64,000 bases of DNA, taken from assembly GCA_963796685.1 (NCBI GenBank), contig CAWCMR010000013.1, positions 32,001 to 96,000 on the forward strand, written 5' to 3'. The notes beneath the pieces are model-generated. The model was not told where the DNA came from, did no database searches, and saw only the letters and a list, made by a program, of their open reading frames with translations. This document shows, one piece after another, positions 18,237 to 29,924 of the stretch; within the stretch, counting starts at the first letter, position 1, and each line of letters starts with the position of its first letter. Source of the DNA: an uncultured delta proteobacterium. GTDB taxonomy: Bacteria > Myxococcota_A > Polyangia > Fen-1088. The position numbers and the translations under genes were made by a program.

Positions 18237-19399
18237 GCGGTCACCTCGTCTTCCAGCGAGACGATGTGGATGTCGAACTGAGAGGCTTCGCGAACCAGAC
18301 GCAGCGGAATCGAACGTCCGAGCAGCTGCTTCCACCACGCCTGTTGCGAGCGGCCGACGATGATGTGCCCGACGTTGTGGGAACGGGCGAAGTCGATGAT
18401 GGCCTCCACCGGATCCTTGCTCTTGACACGGACAGGCTCGGCACCCAGCTCCTTGGCCTTGTCGATGTTGGCGAACAGATGGCGTTGCAGCTCGGCGTCG
18501 ATGTGATCGGGCGATTCGCCTGGCGTCTCGACGAAGACGACGAACCAGTCGGTGTTGAATCGACCCGCCATGCGCGAGCCCCGGCGCACCAGCATGGGCG
18601 TTCGCGGAGATCCCGAGGACACGCACACCATGACCCGACTGCGCGTGGCAGAGGCGTGGCCCCCGCTGGCGTCGCCCGCCACGGGCCGGATCACGGCCGC
18701 GGAGCGTTCGATGCTTTCGGCCACTTCGCGCAGGGCCAGCTCGCGCAGATGGGCCAGGTTCTGCTCCTTGAAGAAGTGTTCCAGCGCCCAGGGGATACGA
18801 TCGGTCGGGTAGATCTTGCCCGCGCGCAAGCGTTCTTGCAGATCTTCGACCGTGAGATCGAGGTTGACCACCTGATCGGCCTGCTTGAGGAAACTGTCGG
18901 GGATGGTTTCGCGCACCACCACGCCGGTGACCCGCTCGACCAGGTCGTTGAGACTCTCCAGGTGCTGGACGTTGAAGGCACCGATGACGTTGATGCCGGC
19001 ATCGATGAGCTCGAGCACGTCGAGATAGCGGCGCTTGTTGCGGCTGTCGGGCGGATTGGTGTGCGCAAGCTCGTCGACCAGGGCGACCTCCGGCTTGCGC
19101 TTGAGGATCTCGTTCAGGCTCATCTCCTGAACGACGACCCCGCGGTATTCCACCTGGCGCAAGGGCACGCTTTCCAACCCGTCGACCAGCACCGCGGTCT
19201 CCGCGCGGCCGTGGGTTTCAATGAATCCGATGACCACGTCCACGCCGCGCTTCTTGAGGGCGTGCGCCTCTTCGAGCATGCGGTAGGTCTTGCCCACCCC
19301 GGCGGCGAAGCCGATGTAGAGCTTGAGCCGGCCGCGCTTGCTCTTTTGAACCAGCTCGAGGAAATCCTCGGCGCGCGGGCGCATGTTGGGGGTGGTCAT
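18233..19399 (-). CDS. kdpD: KdpD N-terminal domain plus USP domain protein
   Basis: GRLKLYIGFAAGVGKTY, ETHGR, VDELAHTN, NVQHLESLND, LRELALRE. Confidence 0.92.
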   Translation of the reverse strand: MTTPNMRPRAEDFLELVQKSKRGRLKLYIGFAAGVGKTYRMLEEAHALKKRGVDVVIGFIETHGRAETAVLVDGLESVPLRQVEYRGVVVQEMSLNEILKRKPEVALVDELAHTNPPDSRNKRRYLDVLELIDAGINVIGAFNVQHLESLNDLVERVTGVVVRETIPDSFLKQADQVVNLDLTVEDLQERLRAGKIYPTDRIPWALEHFFKEQNLAHLRELALREVAESIERSAAVIRPVAGDASGGHASATRSRVMVCVSSGSPRTPMLVRRGSRMAGRFNTDWFVVFVETPGESPDHIDAELQRHLFANIDKAKELGAEPVRVKSKDPVEAIIDFARSHNVGHIIVGRSQQAWWKQLLGRSIPLRLVREASQFDIHIVSLEDEVTA

Positions 19400-19443
19400 G
19401 ATGCGGCGTGGTTTGCGATCTTCAGGTCTTCACCCTGGGCGAA

Positions 19444-19458
19444 GCAAGCATTACGCCA
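19444..19458 (-). promoter_or_regulatory. Sigma-54 promoter for the kdpD operon
   Basis: Minus strand TGGCGTAATGCTTGC (GG-N10-GC), 45 bp upstream of the ATG. Confidence 0.65.
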
Positions 19459-19647
19459 AACCGTAGGTGTCAAGGGTAGGGCGTCGCCATGAAATTCCGC
19501 CCCAAAATGGGGTGGCGCTTGTCGGGTCGCGTTTGACGGGGCAAGAGAAATGCATTTTACAACCTTCGGCCTCGCACGTGTTTCTCTTTGCAACCCGTGG
19601 CGCGCCGGCAGGGCCGCGATCGTTCGCGAGGGCGGCGCGGATGGCTT

Positions 19648-19662
19648 TGGCACAGGCCATGC
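19648..19662 (+). promoter_or_regulatory. Sigma-54 promoter for the kdpFABC operon
   Basis: TGGCACAGGCCATGC (GG-N10-GC), 20 bp upstream of the first small ORF. Confidence 0.7.
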
Positions 19663-19682
19663 TGCATGGGCAGGTGAACACC

Positions 19683-19766
19683 ATGAAAGATTTGCTCTTC
19701 ACCCTCATCACCATCGGTTTCTTCGCCGGCGCTTGGCTCTACGCCAAGGCCTGCGAGAAGCTTTGA
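19683..19766 (+). CDS. 27-aa membrane peptide upstream of kdpF
   Basis: MKDLLFTLITIGFFAGAWLYAKACEKL; AGGTGA RBS; position typical of the extra kdp leader peptide. Confidence 0.65.
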   Translation: MKDLLFTLITIGFFAGAWLYAKACEKL

Positions 19767-19787
19767 CGTTTCGGCTAGGAGAACATC

Positions 19788-19877
19788 ATGAGTCTCGATT
19801 ATGCGCTGGGCGGCCTGCTTGCAGTCGCTCTTGCCGTGTACCTGGTCTACGCGCTCGTCAAACCGGAGCGTTTCTAA
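19788..19877 (+). CDS. kdpF: K+-transporting ATPase subunit F
   Basis: MSLDYALGGLLAVALAVYLVYALVKPERF; AGGAG RBS. Confidence 0.88.
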   Translation: MSLDYALGGLLAVALAVYLVYALVKPERF

Positions 19878-19885
19878 GGAGTCCC

Positions 19886-21607
19886 ATGACCGCGAATGGA
19901 TGGCTACAAATTGCATTCTTCCTGCTCGTGATCCTCGCGCTCACCAAGCCGCTCGGGCTCTATCTTTACCGCGTCTTCGAGGGGGAAGAGCGGCCCTTCG
20001 CACGCACCCTCGGCAGGGTCGAGCGCTTCCTTCTTCGCCTGTGTGGACTCGAGCAGCCGGCGGCGCAGAGCTGGAAGGAATACACGGCCGCGCTGCTCAT
20101 GTTCAGCGTGCTCGGCGTGCTGGTGACGTACTTCATGCAGCGCCTGCAGCATGTGCTGCCGCTGAACCCCGAAAAGCTCGCCCCACCGGCGGAACATCTG
20201 GCCTTCAACACGGCGGTCAGCTTCACCACCAACACCAACTGGCAGGCCTATTCGGGCGAATCGACGATGAGCTACCTGACCCAGATGGCGGGCCTGGCCT
20301 GGCACAACTTCACCTCGGCCGCCGCGGGGCTCGGTGTGGCTTTGGCTTTGGCACGCGGGCTGACCCGCAAGGCGAGTGAGAAGGACGAACATGGGCTGGG
20401 CAATTTCTGGGCGGATCTGATTCGCTCCATCGTCTACGTGCTTCTGCCCATCAGCGTGATCTTCACGTTGATCTTGGTGTCCCAGGGTGTGGTGCAAAAC
20501 TTCGCCCCCTATCTGCACATCAAGACCCTGGAAGGCGCGACTCAGGTGATTCCGCTCGGCCCCGTCGCGTCGCAGGAAGTGATCAAGGAGTTGGGCACGA
20601 ACGGCGGCGGCTTCTTCAACGCCAACAGCGCGCACCCCTTCGAGAATCCAACACCGTTCACCAATTTCATCGAAATGGTTCTGCTCCTCTGTATCCCGGC
20701 GGCGCTGACCTACACCTTCGGTCGTATGGCCGGGAACCAGAAGCAGGGCTGGGTGCTGCTCGCGGCCATGACGGTCCTGTTGATGGCGGGTATCACGACG
20801 GCCTATGCCTCGGAAGCTCATCCGAGCGCAGCGCTGTCCGCGTTCCCGATCGGCCACGGGCTGGGGAACATGGAAGGAAAGGAGGCCCGCTTCGGCGTGG
20901 CGAATTCGGCTCTGTGGGCGACCATCACCTCTGGCACGTCGTGCGGCGCCGTCAATTCCATGCACGACAGCTTCAATCCGCTGGGCGGCCTGGTCCCGCT
21001 CGTCAATATCGAGCTCGGCGAGGTGGTCTTCGGCGGGGTGGGTGCAGGCCTGTTCGGCATGCTGGTATTCGTGCTGCTGTCGGTGTTCATCGCGGGACTC
21101 ATGGTTGGGCGCACGCCCGAGTACCTGGGCAAGAAGATCGAAGCCAGGGAGATGAAGCTGGCCATGCTCTACATCCTCATCTTTCCGCTCATTATCCTGG
21201 GATTCTCGGGGTGGGCTTCGGTCGCGGGCTATGGCACCTCGTCGCTCAACAACGCGGGGCCGCACGGGCTGTCCGAAATTCTGTATGCCTATTCCAGCGG
21301 GGCAGGGAACAACGGCTCCGCCTTTGCCGGGCTCAACGCGAATACGCCGTGGTGGAACACCTCGCTCGGCATCACCATGCTGTTCGGTCGCTTCTTCATG
21401 ATGATCCCGGTCATGGCCATCGCGGGCTCCATGCGCGGCAAGCGCACCGTACCCGCCGGTCCGGGAACCTTCCCCACCCATGGCCTCTTGTTCTCGGGAC
21501 TTCTGGTCTCGGTCATCCTGATTGTCGGTGCCTTGACCTTCTTCCCCGCACTTTCGCTAGGACCGGTGGCTGAGCACTTCGTGGCCGCCGCCGGAAAGGT
21601 GTTCTGA
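19886..21607 (+). CDS. kdpA: K+-transporting ATPase subunit A
   Basis: [47 protein letters not shown]. Confidence 0.97.
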   Translation: MTANGWLQIAFFLLVILALTKPLGLYLYRVFEGEERPFARTLGRVERFLLRLCGLEQPAAQSWKEYTAALLMFSVLGVLVTYFMQRLQHVLPLNPEKLAPPAEHLAFNTAVSFTTNTNWQAYSGESTMSYLTQMAGLAWHNFTSAAAGLGVALALARGLTRKASEKDEHGLGNFWADLIRSIVYVLLPISVIFTLILVSQGVVQNFAPYLHIKTLEGATQVIPLGPVASQEVIKELGTNGGGFFNANSAHPFENPTPFTNFIEMVLLLCIPAALTYTFGRMAGNQKQGWVLLAAMTVLLMAGITTAYASEAHPSAALSAFPIGHGLGNMEGKEARFGVANSALWATITSGTSCGAVNSMHDSFNPLGGLVPLVNIELGEVVFGGVGAGLFGMLVFVLLSVFIAGLMVGRTPEYLGKKIEAREMKLAMLYILIFPLIILGFSGWASVAGYGTSSLNNAGPHGLSEILYAYSSGAGNNGSAFAGLNANTPWWNTSLGITMLFGRFFMMIPVMAIAGSMRGKRTVPAGPGTFPTHGLLFSGLLVSVILIVGALTFFPALSLGPVAEHFVAAAGKVF

Positions 21608-23661
21608 TGCGTCCGCAAGCTCAAGCCATCGCCCTGCTCGACCGCAGCATTCTCAAGGAAGCCGGCAAGGAAAGCCTGCGCAAGCTCTCGCCCGCCAAGG
21701 TCATCCGCAACCCGGTGATGTTCGTAGTCGAGATCGGCAGCGTCCTGACTACGCTCATCGCTATTCGTGATGCTTTCGCGCCCACGGCCCAGTCTGCCCC
21801 GCTGTGGTTCACCATCAGCATCTCTCTGTGGCTGTGGTTCACGGTGGTCTTCGCCAATCTGGCCGAGGCCGTGGCCGAGGGGCGCGGCAAGGCCCAGGCC
21901 GCCAGTCTGCGCAAGATGCGCACGCAAACGACGGCTCGTCGTCTGAAGTCCGCCAAGGGTCCCGAGGAGAGCGTGCCGGCCGATTCGCTGCGCACCGGGG
22001 ATCTCGTGGTCGTCGACGCCGGCGAGCTGGTTCCGGGCGATGGCGAGGTCATCGAAGGCGTGGCCTCCGTCGACGAGTCGGCCATCACCGGTGAATCGGC
22101 GCCGGTCATCCGCGAAAGTGGCGGCGATCGTTCGGCCGTGACGGGCGGGACGCGCGTGCTCTCCGACCACATCATCGTCAAGATCACCTCGGATCCCGGG
22201 CAAACCTTTCTCGACCGCATGATTGCCCTGGTCGAGGGCGCCAGCCGCCAGAAGACGCCCAACGAGATCGCGCTGCACATTCTGCTCGTGGGCATGACCA
22301 TCGTCTTTCTGCTCGCCTGCGTGACCCTGGTGCCGCTGGCGGCCTATTCCTCGATTCGGCTTTCGGCCACCGTCATCGTCGCGCTTCTGGTCTGTCTCAT
22401 CCCCACCACCATCGGCGGGTTGCTTTCGGCCATCGGCATCGCGGGCATGGATCGCCTGATTCGCAAGAACGTCATCGCCATGAGCGGACGGGCCATCGAG
22501 GCGGCCGGGGACGTCGACACCTTGCTGCTCGACAAGACCGGCACCATCACGCTCGGCAACCGCATGGCGAGCGAATTCATACCCGTGGGCGGCGGCACGG
22601 TCGATGCCCTCGCCGACGCGGCCCAGCTCGCCAGCCTGGCAGACGAAACGCCGGAGGGCCGGTCCATCGTCGTGCTGGCCAAGGAGAAGTTCAACCTGCG
22701 CGGGCGCAACGTGGAGCAATTGGGAGCCGAGTTCGTCAAGTTCTCGGCCCTGACCCGCATGAGCGGCTGCGACCTGGATGGGCGCAAGATCCGCAAGGGC
22801 GCGGTCGACGCCATCAAGTCGTGGGTGGAATCCATGGGCGGCGAGGTCCCGGCGGCCCTGACGGAGATCGCGCAGAAGATCGCCGATCAGGGTGCCACGC
22901 CCTTGGCGGTGGCCGAAGGCAAGCACGTGCTCGGCGTCGTGCGCCTGAACGACGTGGTCAAGGGCGGCATCAAAGAGCGCTTCGAGCGCTTCCGCGCCAT
23001 GGGCATTCGCACTGTCATGATCACGGGCGACAATCCGCGCACCGCGGCCGCCATCGCCAAGGAGGCCGGCGTCGACGATTTTCTGGCCGAAGCCACCCCC
23101 GAGGCCAAGATGCGCCTCATCAAGACCGAGCAGGCCAAAGGCAAGCTGGTGGCCATGACCGGCGACGGCACCAACGATGCGCCGGCGCTGGCCCAGGCCG
23201 ACGTGGGGGTGGCCATGAACAGCGGCACCCAGGCGGCCAAGGAAGCCGGCAACATGATCGACCTCGAATCGAACCCGACCAAGCTCTTGGAAGTGGTCGA
23301 GGTCGGCAAACAACTGCTCATGACCCGCGGCGCGCTCACGACCTTCTCCATCGCCAACGACGTGGCCAAGTACTTCGCCATCCTGCCCGCCATGTTCATG
23401 GGCGCGTTTCCCGAGATCGCGCCGCTGAACGTGATGGGCCTTGCGTCACCGTCGAGCGCCATTCTTTCGGCGGTCATCTTCAACGCCATCATCATCGTGC
23501 TGCTCATCCCGCTCGCCCTGCGTGGGGTGAAGTACCGGCCGCTCGGCGCTGCGGCCCTCTTCCGCCGCTCCATGCTCATCTACGGCTTGGGCGGCATCGT
23601 GGCCCCGTTCATCGGTATCAAGCTCGTCGATCTGGCGCTCAAGGCGCTGCATCTCGTCTGA
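21607..23661 (+). CDS. kdpB: K+-transporting ATPase subunit B
   Basis: DKTGT phosphorylation site, [17 protein letters not shown]. Confidence 0.97.
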   Translation: MRPQAQAIALLDRSILKEAGKESLRKLSPAKVIRNPVMFVVEIGSVLTTLIAIRDAFAPTAQSAPLWFTISISLWLWFTVVFANLAEAVAEGRGKAQAASLRKMRTQTTARRLKSAKGPEESVPADSLRTGDLVVVDAGELVPGDGEVIEGVASVDESAITGESAPVIRESGGDRSAVTGGTRVLSDHIIVKITSDPGQTFLDRMIALVEGASRQKTPNEIALHILLVGMTIVFLLACVTLVPLAAYSSIRLSATVIVALLVCLIPTTIGGLLSAIGIAGMDRLIRKNVIAMSGRAIEAAGDVDTLLLDKTGTITLGNRMASEFIPVGGGTVDALADAAQLASLADETPEGRSIVVLAKEKFNLRGRNVEQLGAEFVKFSALTRMSGCDLDGRKIRKGAVDAIKSWVESMGGEVPAALTEIAQKIADQGATPLAVAEGKHVLGVVRLNDVVKGGIKERFERFRAMGIRTVMITGDNPRTAAAIAKEAGVDDFLAEATPEAKMRLIKTEQAKGKLVAMTGDGTNDAPALAQADVGVAMNSGTQAAKEAGNMIDLESNPTKLLEVVEVGKQLLMTRGALTTFSIANDVAKYFAILPAMFMGAFPEIAPLNVMGLASPSSAILSAVIFNAIIIVLLIPLALRGVKYRPLGAAALFRRSMLIYGLGGIVAPFIGIKLVDLALKALHLV

Positions 23662-23672
23662 GGAGCCTAGTC

Positions 23673-24287
23673 ATGAAGACCTTCGTCATCGCTCTGCGTG
23701 CAACCCTTCTAACCGTGGTGCTGACCGGGATTCTCTATCCCCTGGGAATGACCGCGCTGGCACAAGTGCTGTTCCCGAGCGCCGCCAACGGCAGCCTGGC
23801 CAAGGATGAAAACGGCAAGGTGGTCGGCTCGCGCCTGTTGGGACAGACCTTCGCCAATCCGGCGTACTTCCAGCCGCGGCCCTCGGCCGCGGGCAACGGG
23901 TACGATCCGCTGGCCTCCGGCGGCTCGAACTTCGGCCCGACCTCGGCCAAGCTGCGCGAGCGGGTTCAAGCCGACATCGCACGCCTGCACAAGGACAATC
24001 CTGCTGCCACCGGCGATATTCCAATCGAGCTCGTCACCGCATCGGGCAGCGGCCTGGATCCCCACCTCAGTCCCGCGGCGGCCAGGTGGCAGGTCCCGCG
24101 CGTGGCGCACGCCCGCGGGGTCAGCGTTGCGCGCGTCACGGCGGCGCTCGATGAGGCCATCTCGGGTCGCGACCTTGGATTCCTCGGCGAGCCCACGGTC
24201 AACGTGCTGGAGCTCAACCTGGCAATCGATCGACAATTCGGTCAACCTTCGAGTATCCCCGCGAACGCGGCGGCCGTAGCGAACTGA
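23673..24287 (+). CDS. kdpC: K+-transporting ATPase subunit C
   Basis: [32 protein letters not shown]. Confidence 0.95.
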   Translation: MKTFVIALRATLLTVVLTGILYPLGMTALAQVLFPSAANGSLAKDENGKVVGSRLLGQTFANPAYFQPRPSAAGNGYDPLASGGSNFGPTSAKLRERVQADIARLHKDNPAATGDIPIELVTASGSGLDPHLSPAAARWQVPRVAHARGVSVARVTAALDEAISGRDLGFLGEPTVNVLELNLAIDRQFGQPSSIPANAAAVAN

Positions 24288-24315
24288 CGCGTCCGCGCGG
24301 ACGAGGGAGGGCGCG

Positions 24316-25164
24316 ATGATCAAGCAAATGCTCGTTTGCCTCGAGGGCTCGCCGAGCTCGGAAGCGACGATAGGGACGGCCATCGGGATCGCCGTCGAGC
24401 GCAAGGCAAGTCTCTCGGGAATCGCCATCGTCGACGAGCCGGATATCCGCGCGGGTGCGGCCACGGGCATCGGCGGATCGAGCTTCAAGCACGAACGCGA
24501 CCTTTCCCTGCTTGCCGATGCCCGACATCGCGCCGACGCGTGGCTGGCGACGTTCGAGGGCCGTTGCAAGAAGGCGGGCGTGCCGGTGCGTACGCTCGAG
24601 GTCGTCGGACGACCGGGCGCGGTGATCCTTGCCGAGATGGAGCGTCACGACCTGACCCTGATGGGGCGCGACGCGAACTTCCGCTTCGAGACCAACAGCG
24701 AGGATCGCGCCACGCGGGAGCAGATCCTGCGCCATGCGAGCCATCCGATTCTTCTCGTGCCTGAAAGCGTGTCCGATTCGAAGCCCGCGCTCGGGGCAAC
24801 CGCGGTCGTTGCGTACGACGCAGGCGTGGCCGCCACGCGGGCCCTGACCAGCTTTGTCGCAAGCGGGTTGGCCGAGTCGCGCACCATCCATGTCGCCTCG
24901 GTCGGCGAAGATGGCGACAAGGCGTGGGAGATGGCCGAGCGGGGCGCCGAGGTCTTGCGCACCCTGGGCGTTCAAGCCAAGGTCCACAGCATCGTATCGG
25001 CCCTCGAGAACGCCGAGGCCCTGGTCGACTTCGTGGGTGAGATCGGCGCCAGCCTGGTCGTCATGGGCGCCTTTGCGCGGTCGCGGTTGGCCGAGCTGTT
25101 TTCGAGATCGGTCACGCGCGCCCTGGCCGAGCACAGTCCCGTGCCGCTCTACATGCAGCACTGA
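24316..25164 (+). CDS. Universal stress protein (tandem USP)
   Basis: LEGSPSS, HDLTLMG, VAYDAG, LVVMGAF..SVTR. Confidence 0.85.
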   Translation: MIKQMLVCLEGSPSSEATIGTAIGIAVERKASLSGIAIVDEPDIRAGAATGIGGSSFKHERDLSLLADARHRADAWLATFEGRCKKAGVPVRTLEVVGRPGAVILAEMERHDLTLMGRDANFRFETNSEDRATREQILRHASHPILLVPESVSDSKPALGATAVVAYDAGVAATRALTSFVASGLAESRTIHVASVGEDGDKAWEMAERGAEVLRTLGVQAKVHSIVSALENAEALVDFVGEIGASLVVMGAFARSRLAELFSRSVTRALAEHSPVPLYMQH

Positions 25165-25180
25165 TGCCTGAGGGCGCGAC

Positions 25181-26527
<1,347 letters not shown>

Positions 26528-26683
26528 GCCGCTATTCTAGCCCACCGCCGTCCCGGCCGTGACAGCTTCGCCGCAATTCTTGCCCACCGTGCAGGTTGCA
26601 AGGGGCAGGCGCTTGCATCCTGCGGATTGCACGGAAGCCCTGGCCGAAATCGCGTCCGGGCGTCCTGCCGCCCGCGGTGAAAG

Positions 26684-26698
26684 TGGCACGCGGCATGC
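26684..26698 (+). promoter_or_regulatory. Sigma-54 promoter
   Basis: TGGCACGCGGCATGC (GG-N10-GC), preceded by TGCA/TTGCA-rich candidate activator sites at 26570-26632. Confidence 0.65.
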
Positions 26699-26761
26699 GT
26701 CTTCACAGGGCTTGTCATGCCACGCCGATTGGAATTGGTCGGAGACTCCCGCGAGTCGGAA

Positions 26762-27088
26762 ATGCGGGACGAACGATCCCGTCTTGGCAGGCTGCCGGCC
26801 TGGGTGAAGTGGACCGCGCTCGCGGTTGTGGTCGTGGGGACGATCCTCGCGTTCATCTACAGCGGCGGTGCCGAGCGCCGGGCCATTCAAGAGATGCCGG
26901 CCCGCGAGCGCCAGGCATTGTTCGCGCGCACGGTGCAAAACCTCCGCTCGGTTTGCTCGGAGCCCGAGGATGCCATGCGTGGCTTCTGCCGCGAGCAGGC
27001 TCAGCTGGCACTGGAATTCCGGGAGTGCGACACCTCGTGCCAGGCGTTGGCCGCCCGTCAGCTGTCGCGCGTGCAGTTGCCCCGTTGA
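26762..27088 (+). CDS. Small single-TM protein with four Cys, function unknown
   Basis: One TM segment then a helical domain with four Cys; has its own sigma-54 promoter; start could be 26717. Confidence 0.6.
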   Translation: MRDERSRLGRLPAWVKWTALAVVVVGTILAFIYSGGAERRAIQEMPARERQALFARTVQNLRSVCSEPEDAMRGFCREQAQLALEFRECDTSCQALAARQLSRVQLPR

Positions 27089-27221
27089 TGGTCAGCCCAC
27101 ATTAAGGTTGCACGAGAGAGGCCAAACACGTCAGCATAGCGACGTCTCCGCAACACCTGTTCCGTCGAGAAAGTCAAAGATGTCGCACTCCCGGGCTGGC
27201 TCTTCACCCCGCATGCCCCGC

Positions 27222-29723
27222 ATGCGGACCCCTGGTCTTCTGTTCGTCTCCATCCTGAGCATCGGCAGCATCGGCAGCACCGCCTTGACGAGCTGCCGGC
27301 CAAGGGATGTCAGCGTGGCCGACAACAGCGGTGGAACGGGGGGCGGAAATGGCGGCATGGGCGTCGGCGGGGCGGCCGGGGGCGGAGGGGCAGGGGGCGA
27401 CGGCGGCACGAGCCGCGGCGGCGCGACCGGCGGCGCTGGGGCAGGGGGTGGTGGCACCGGCGGCGGTGGAATGGTCGGCAGCGGCGGCACGACCGACGGT
27501 GGCGCGACCGGTGGCGGCAGCGGTTCTGGCGACGCCGGCGATGCCGCTGCCCCGAGCGATGCCGGCCTGGTCGGAAACCCGCTGGTCATCAACCAGGTCA
27601 TGACGTGCGACACCCCGCCGCTGGCGGTCCCCACCCAGCACATCGAAGCGGAGTGCGCCTTCGGCCCGTCCACGGGGGCTTGCAAGGGCACCACGGGCGG
27701 ACAGCAGGGAACCCAGACGGAAAATGACGGAACCGACGTCGGGTTCATCGAAGGTGGCGACGAGCTTTGGTACGACGGCATCGTCATGGATGGGGCCAAC
27801 ACGCTCACCCTTCACTACGCCAAGGGTGTGGATGGAGGCAGCATCGAGGTTCGGCTGGACAGCGCCAACGGTACGCTGCTTGGAACCTTCTCGCCGGTTT
27901 CCACCGGATCGTGGACCACCTGGCAGGATGGCCAGGTCGCGCTCGCCGCCGCGACCGGCAGCCACACCCTCTATCTGGTCGCGACCGGCTCGACGGCCGG
28001 TGTTCTCAACCTGGATTGGCTCGAGCTCTCCGGCTCCTCCGCATCCGCCGCCGGCGCCCCCTTGTTTCATTTGAACCACCTGGGCTTCGATACCCTGGGC
28101 CCGAAGCACGCCGTGGTCGAAGGGCCCGCCAACCTGGACCGCTTCTTCATCGTCGATTCGAATCGCACCGCTGTCTGGTGCGGAGCGCTCACCGCCATCG
28201 CCTTTGGCGCCTGGGGCCGCAGCAACTCCTTCTATTCCATCGACTTCACCGACCTGACCCGGCCCGGGAGCTATCGCTTGCAAGTGGGCAACGCGATGTC
28301 GGACGCCTTCGACATCGGCGACAGCCATCTGTTCGCCACGACCTTCGCCGGCATTCTCGGCTATTTCAAGGCTTCCCGCGCCGACGACCCCGACGTGTGG
28401 GCGGCCGATGCCAGCGTACCCTTCGTCGGCGGCGGGACGCCCGCCGATGTCCGTGGCGGCTGGTACGATGCCTCGGGCGACATCTCGAAGTACCTCACCC
28501 ACCTGAGCTACGCCAATTTTCTGAACCCGCAGCAGATCCCCCTCGTCGCCTGGGCGCTGGCCTGGGTCTACGACCAGGGTGGCAGCACGCTCGCGGCCAG
28601 CGGCTCGGCGCCCGCGTTGCAGGCCGAGGCACTGTGGGGCGCGGACTACCTCGTACGCGTGCTCGATCCCGCGGGCTACTTCTACACCAATGTTTTCGAT
28701 GGCTGGTCGGGCAACGTCGGCCAACGGCAGATCTGCGCCATCGTGGGACAATCCGGCGCCGAGACCGCCGATTACCAGTCGGCCCTGCGCGAAGGCGGCG
28801 GCATGAGCATCGCCGCTCTGGCGCGGGCGGCGCGCTGGAGCGTGGACGGCAGCTTCACCAGCGCGCAATACCTGGCCGGCGCCAAGCTGGCCTTCGACAC
28901 CTTGAACAACAACGGCGGCAAGTACGACGACGACGGCAAGGAGAACGTCATCGACGACTACACCGGGCTGCTCGCCGCCAGCGAGCTCTACGCCACCACG
29001 CAAGATGCGGCCTATGCGCAGGCGGCCCGCGCGCGCGCCACGTCGCTTGTCGCCCGCTTGGGTGCGGACGGTTACTTCATCGCCGATGGCGCGACCCGCC
29101 CCTTCTGGCATGAGTCCGACGCCGGGCTGCCCGTCGTGGCGCTTGCCCGTTACGTCCAGGTAGAGACCGACACCGGCAAGCGCGACCTCGCCAAGCAGGC
29201 CATCCAGAAGCACCTCGATTACTTGCTCGCCGTCACCGGCGCGGTGGCCAATCCCTTCGGCTACGCTCGTCAACCCATCGCCGCGGGCACGTCCAGCTTC
29301 TTCATTCCGCACGACAACGAATCCGGCTATTGGTGGCAGGGGGAAAACGCGCGCCTGGCCTCGCTGTCCGCGGCGGCTCTCTTCGGGGCGAAGGTCTTGG
29401 GAACGTCGGGAACGCGGTATCTCGACCTCTTGCGCTTCGCCGGCGACCAGCTCGATTGGATTCTCGGCGCCAACCCCTACGACATCTGCTTTCTCGACGG
29501 GTTCGGCAGGAACAATCCGCCCGCCTATTGCGCCTCGAAGCCCCAGGCCGGCACCCTCGTCGGCGGCATCGCCAACGGCATCACCGGCAGCAATGCGGAT
29601 GGCAGCGGTATCCAGTGGTTGAGCGGGCCCGCCGGCTCGTGCAGCGACGACTGGCGCTGGGTCGAGCAGTGGCTTCCGCACGCGGCCTGGTTCCTGGTCG
29701 CCACCGCCGCACTGGCGCAGTGA
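27222..29723 (+). CDS. Lipoprotein CBM6 + Ig-like + GH9 hydrolase (exo-beta-glucosaminidase/Cel9D-like subgroup)
   Basis: Lipobox LTSC; Gly linker; CBM6 (IEVRLDS..G, TGSW, NLDW); GGWYDASGDISKYLTHLSYANFLNPQQ, NESGYWWQGENARL, WRWVEQWLPH. Confidence 0.85.
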   Translation: MRTPGLLFVSILSIGSIGSTALTSCRPRDVSVADNSGGTGGGNGGMGVGGAAGGGGAGGDGGTSRGGATGGAGAGGGGTGGGGMVGSGGTTDGGATGGGSGSGDAGDAAAPSDAGLVGNPLVINQVMTCDTPPLAVPTQHIEAECAFGPSTGACKGTTGGQQGTQTENDGTDVGFIEGGDELWYDGIVMDGANTLTLHYAKGVDGGSIEVRLDSANGTLLGTFSPVSTGSWTTWQDGQVALAAATGSHTLYLVATGSTAGVLNLDWLELSGSSASAAGAPLFHLNHLGFDTLGPKHAVVEGPANLDRFFIVDSNRTAVWCGALTAIAFGAWGRSNSFYSIDFTDLTRPGSYRLQVGNAMSDAFDIGDSHLFATTFAGILGYFKASRADDPDVWAADASVPFVGGGTPADVRGGWYDASGDISKYLTHLSYANFLNPQQIPLVAWALAWVYDQGGSTLAASGSAPALQAEALWGADYLVRVLDPAGYFYTNVFDGWSGNVGQRQICAIVGQSGAETADYQSALREGGGMSIAALARAARWSVDGSFTSAQYLAGAKLAFDTLNNNGGKYDDDGKENVIDDYTGLLAASELYATTQDAAYAQAARARATSLVARLGADGYFIADGATRPFWHESDAGLPVVALARYVQVETDTGKRDLAKQAIQKHLDYLLAVTGAVANPFGYARQPIAAGTSSFFIPHDNESGYWWQGENARLASLSAAALFGAKVLGTSGTRYLDLLRFAGDQLDWILGANPYDICFLDGFGRNNPPAYCASKPQAGTLVGGIANGITGSNADGSGIQWLSGPAGSCSDDWRWVEQWLPHAAWFLVATAALAQ

Positions 29724-29924
29724 CGTGCCAGATCGGGCCCCTGTTTGGTCGCACGGCGGCATGCGGATGAAAAGGGTCCTCTTTTATTGACGAATCCAAG
29801 ATCCCGCGGGCACAAACGGAACAAAGCAATAAAAGCAAGGCAATCGGACGTCCTTGCCTTGCTCGAATGCTTTCACCTTTGGAATGTTCGAACGAGATTC
29901 ACCACGAAGCGGGGGATACAAGTC

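Noticed and set aside
27204-29762. Long antisense or alternative-frame ORFs (e.g. 852 aa here, 21289-23313, 43760-45658, 55668-57767)
   Set aside because: Shadow ORFs expected in high-GC DNA overlapping well-supported genes; no recognisable motifs
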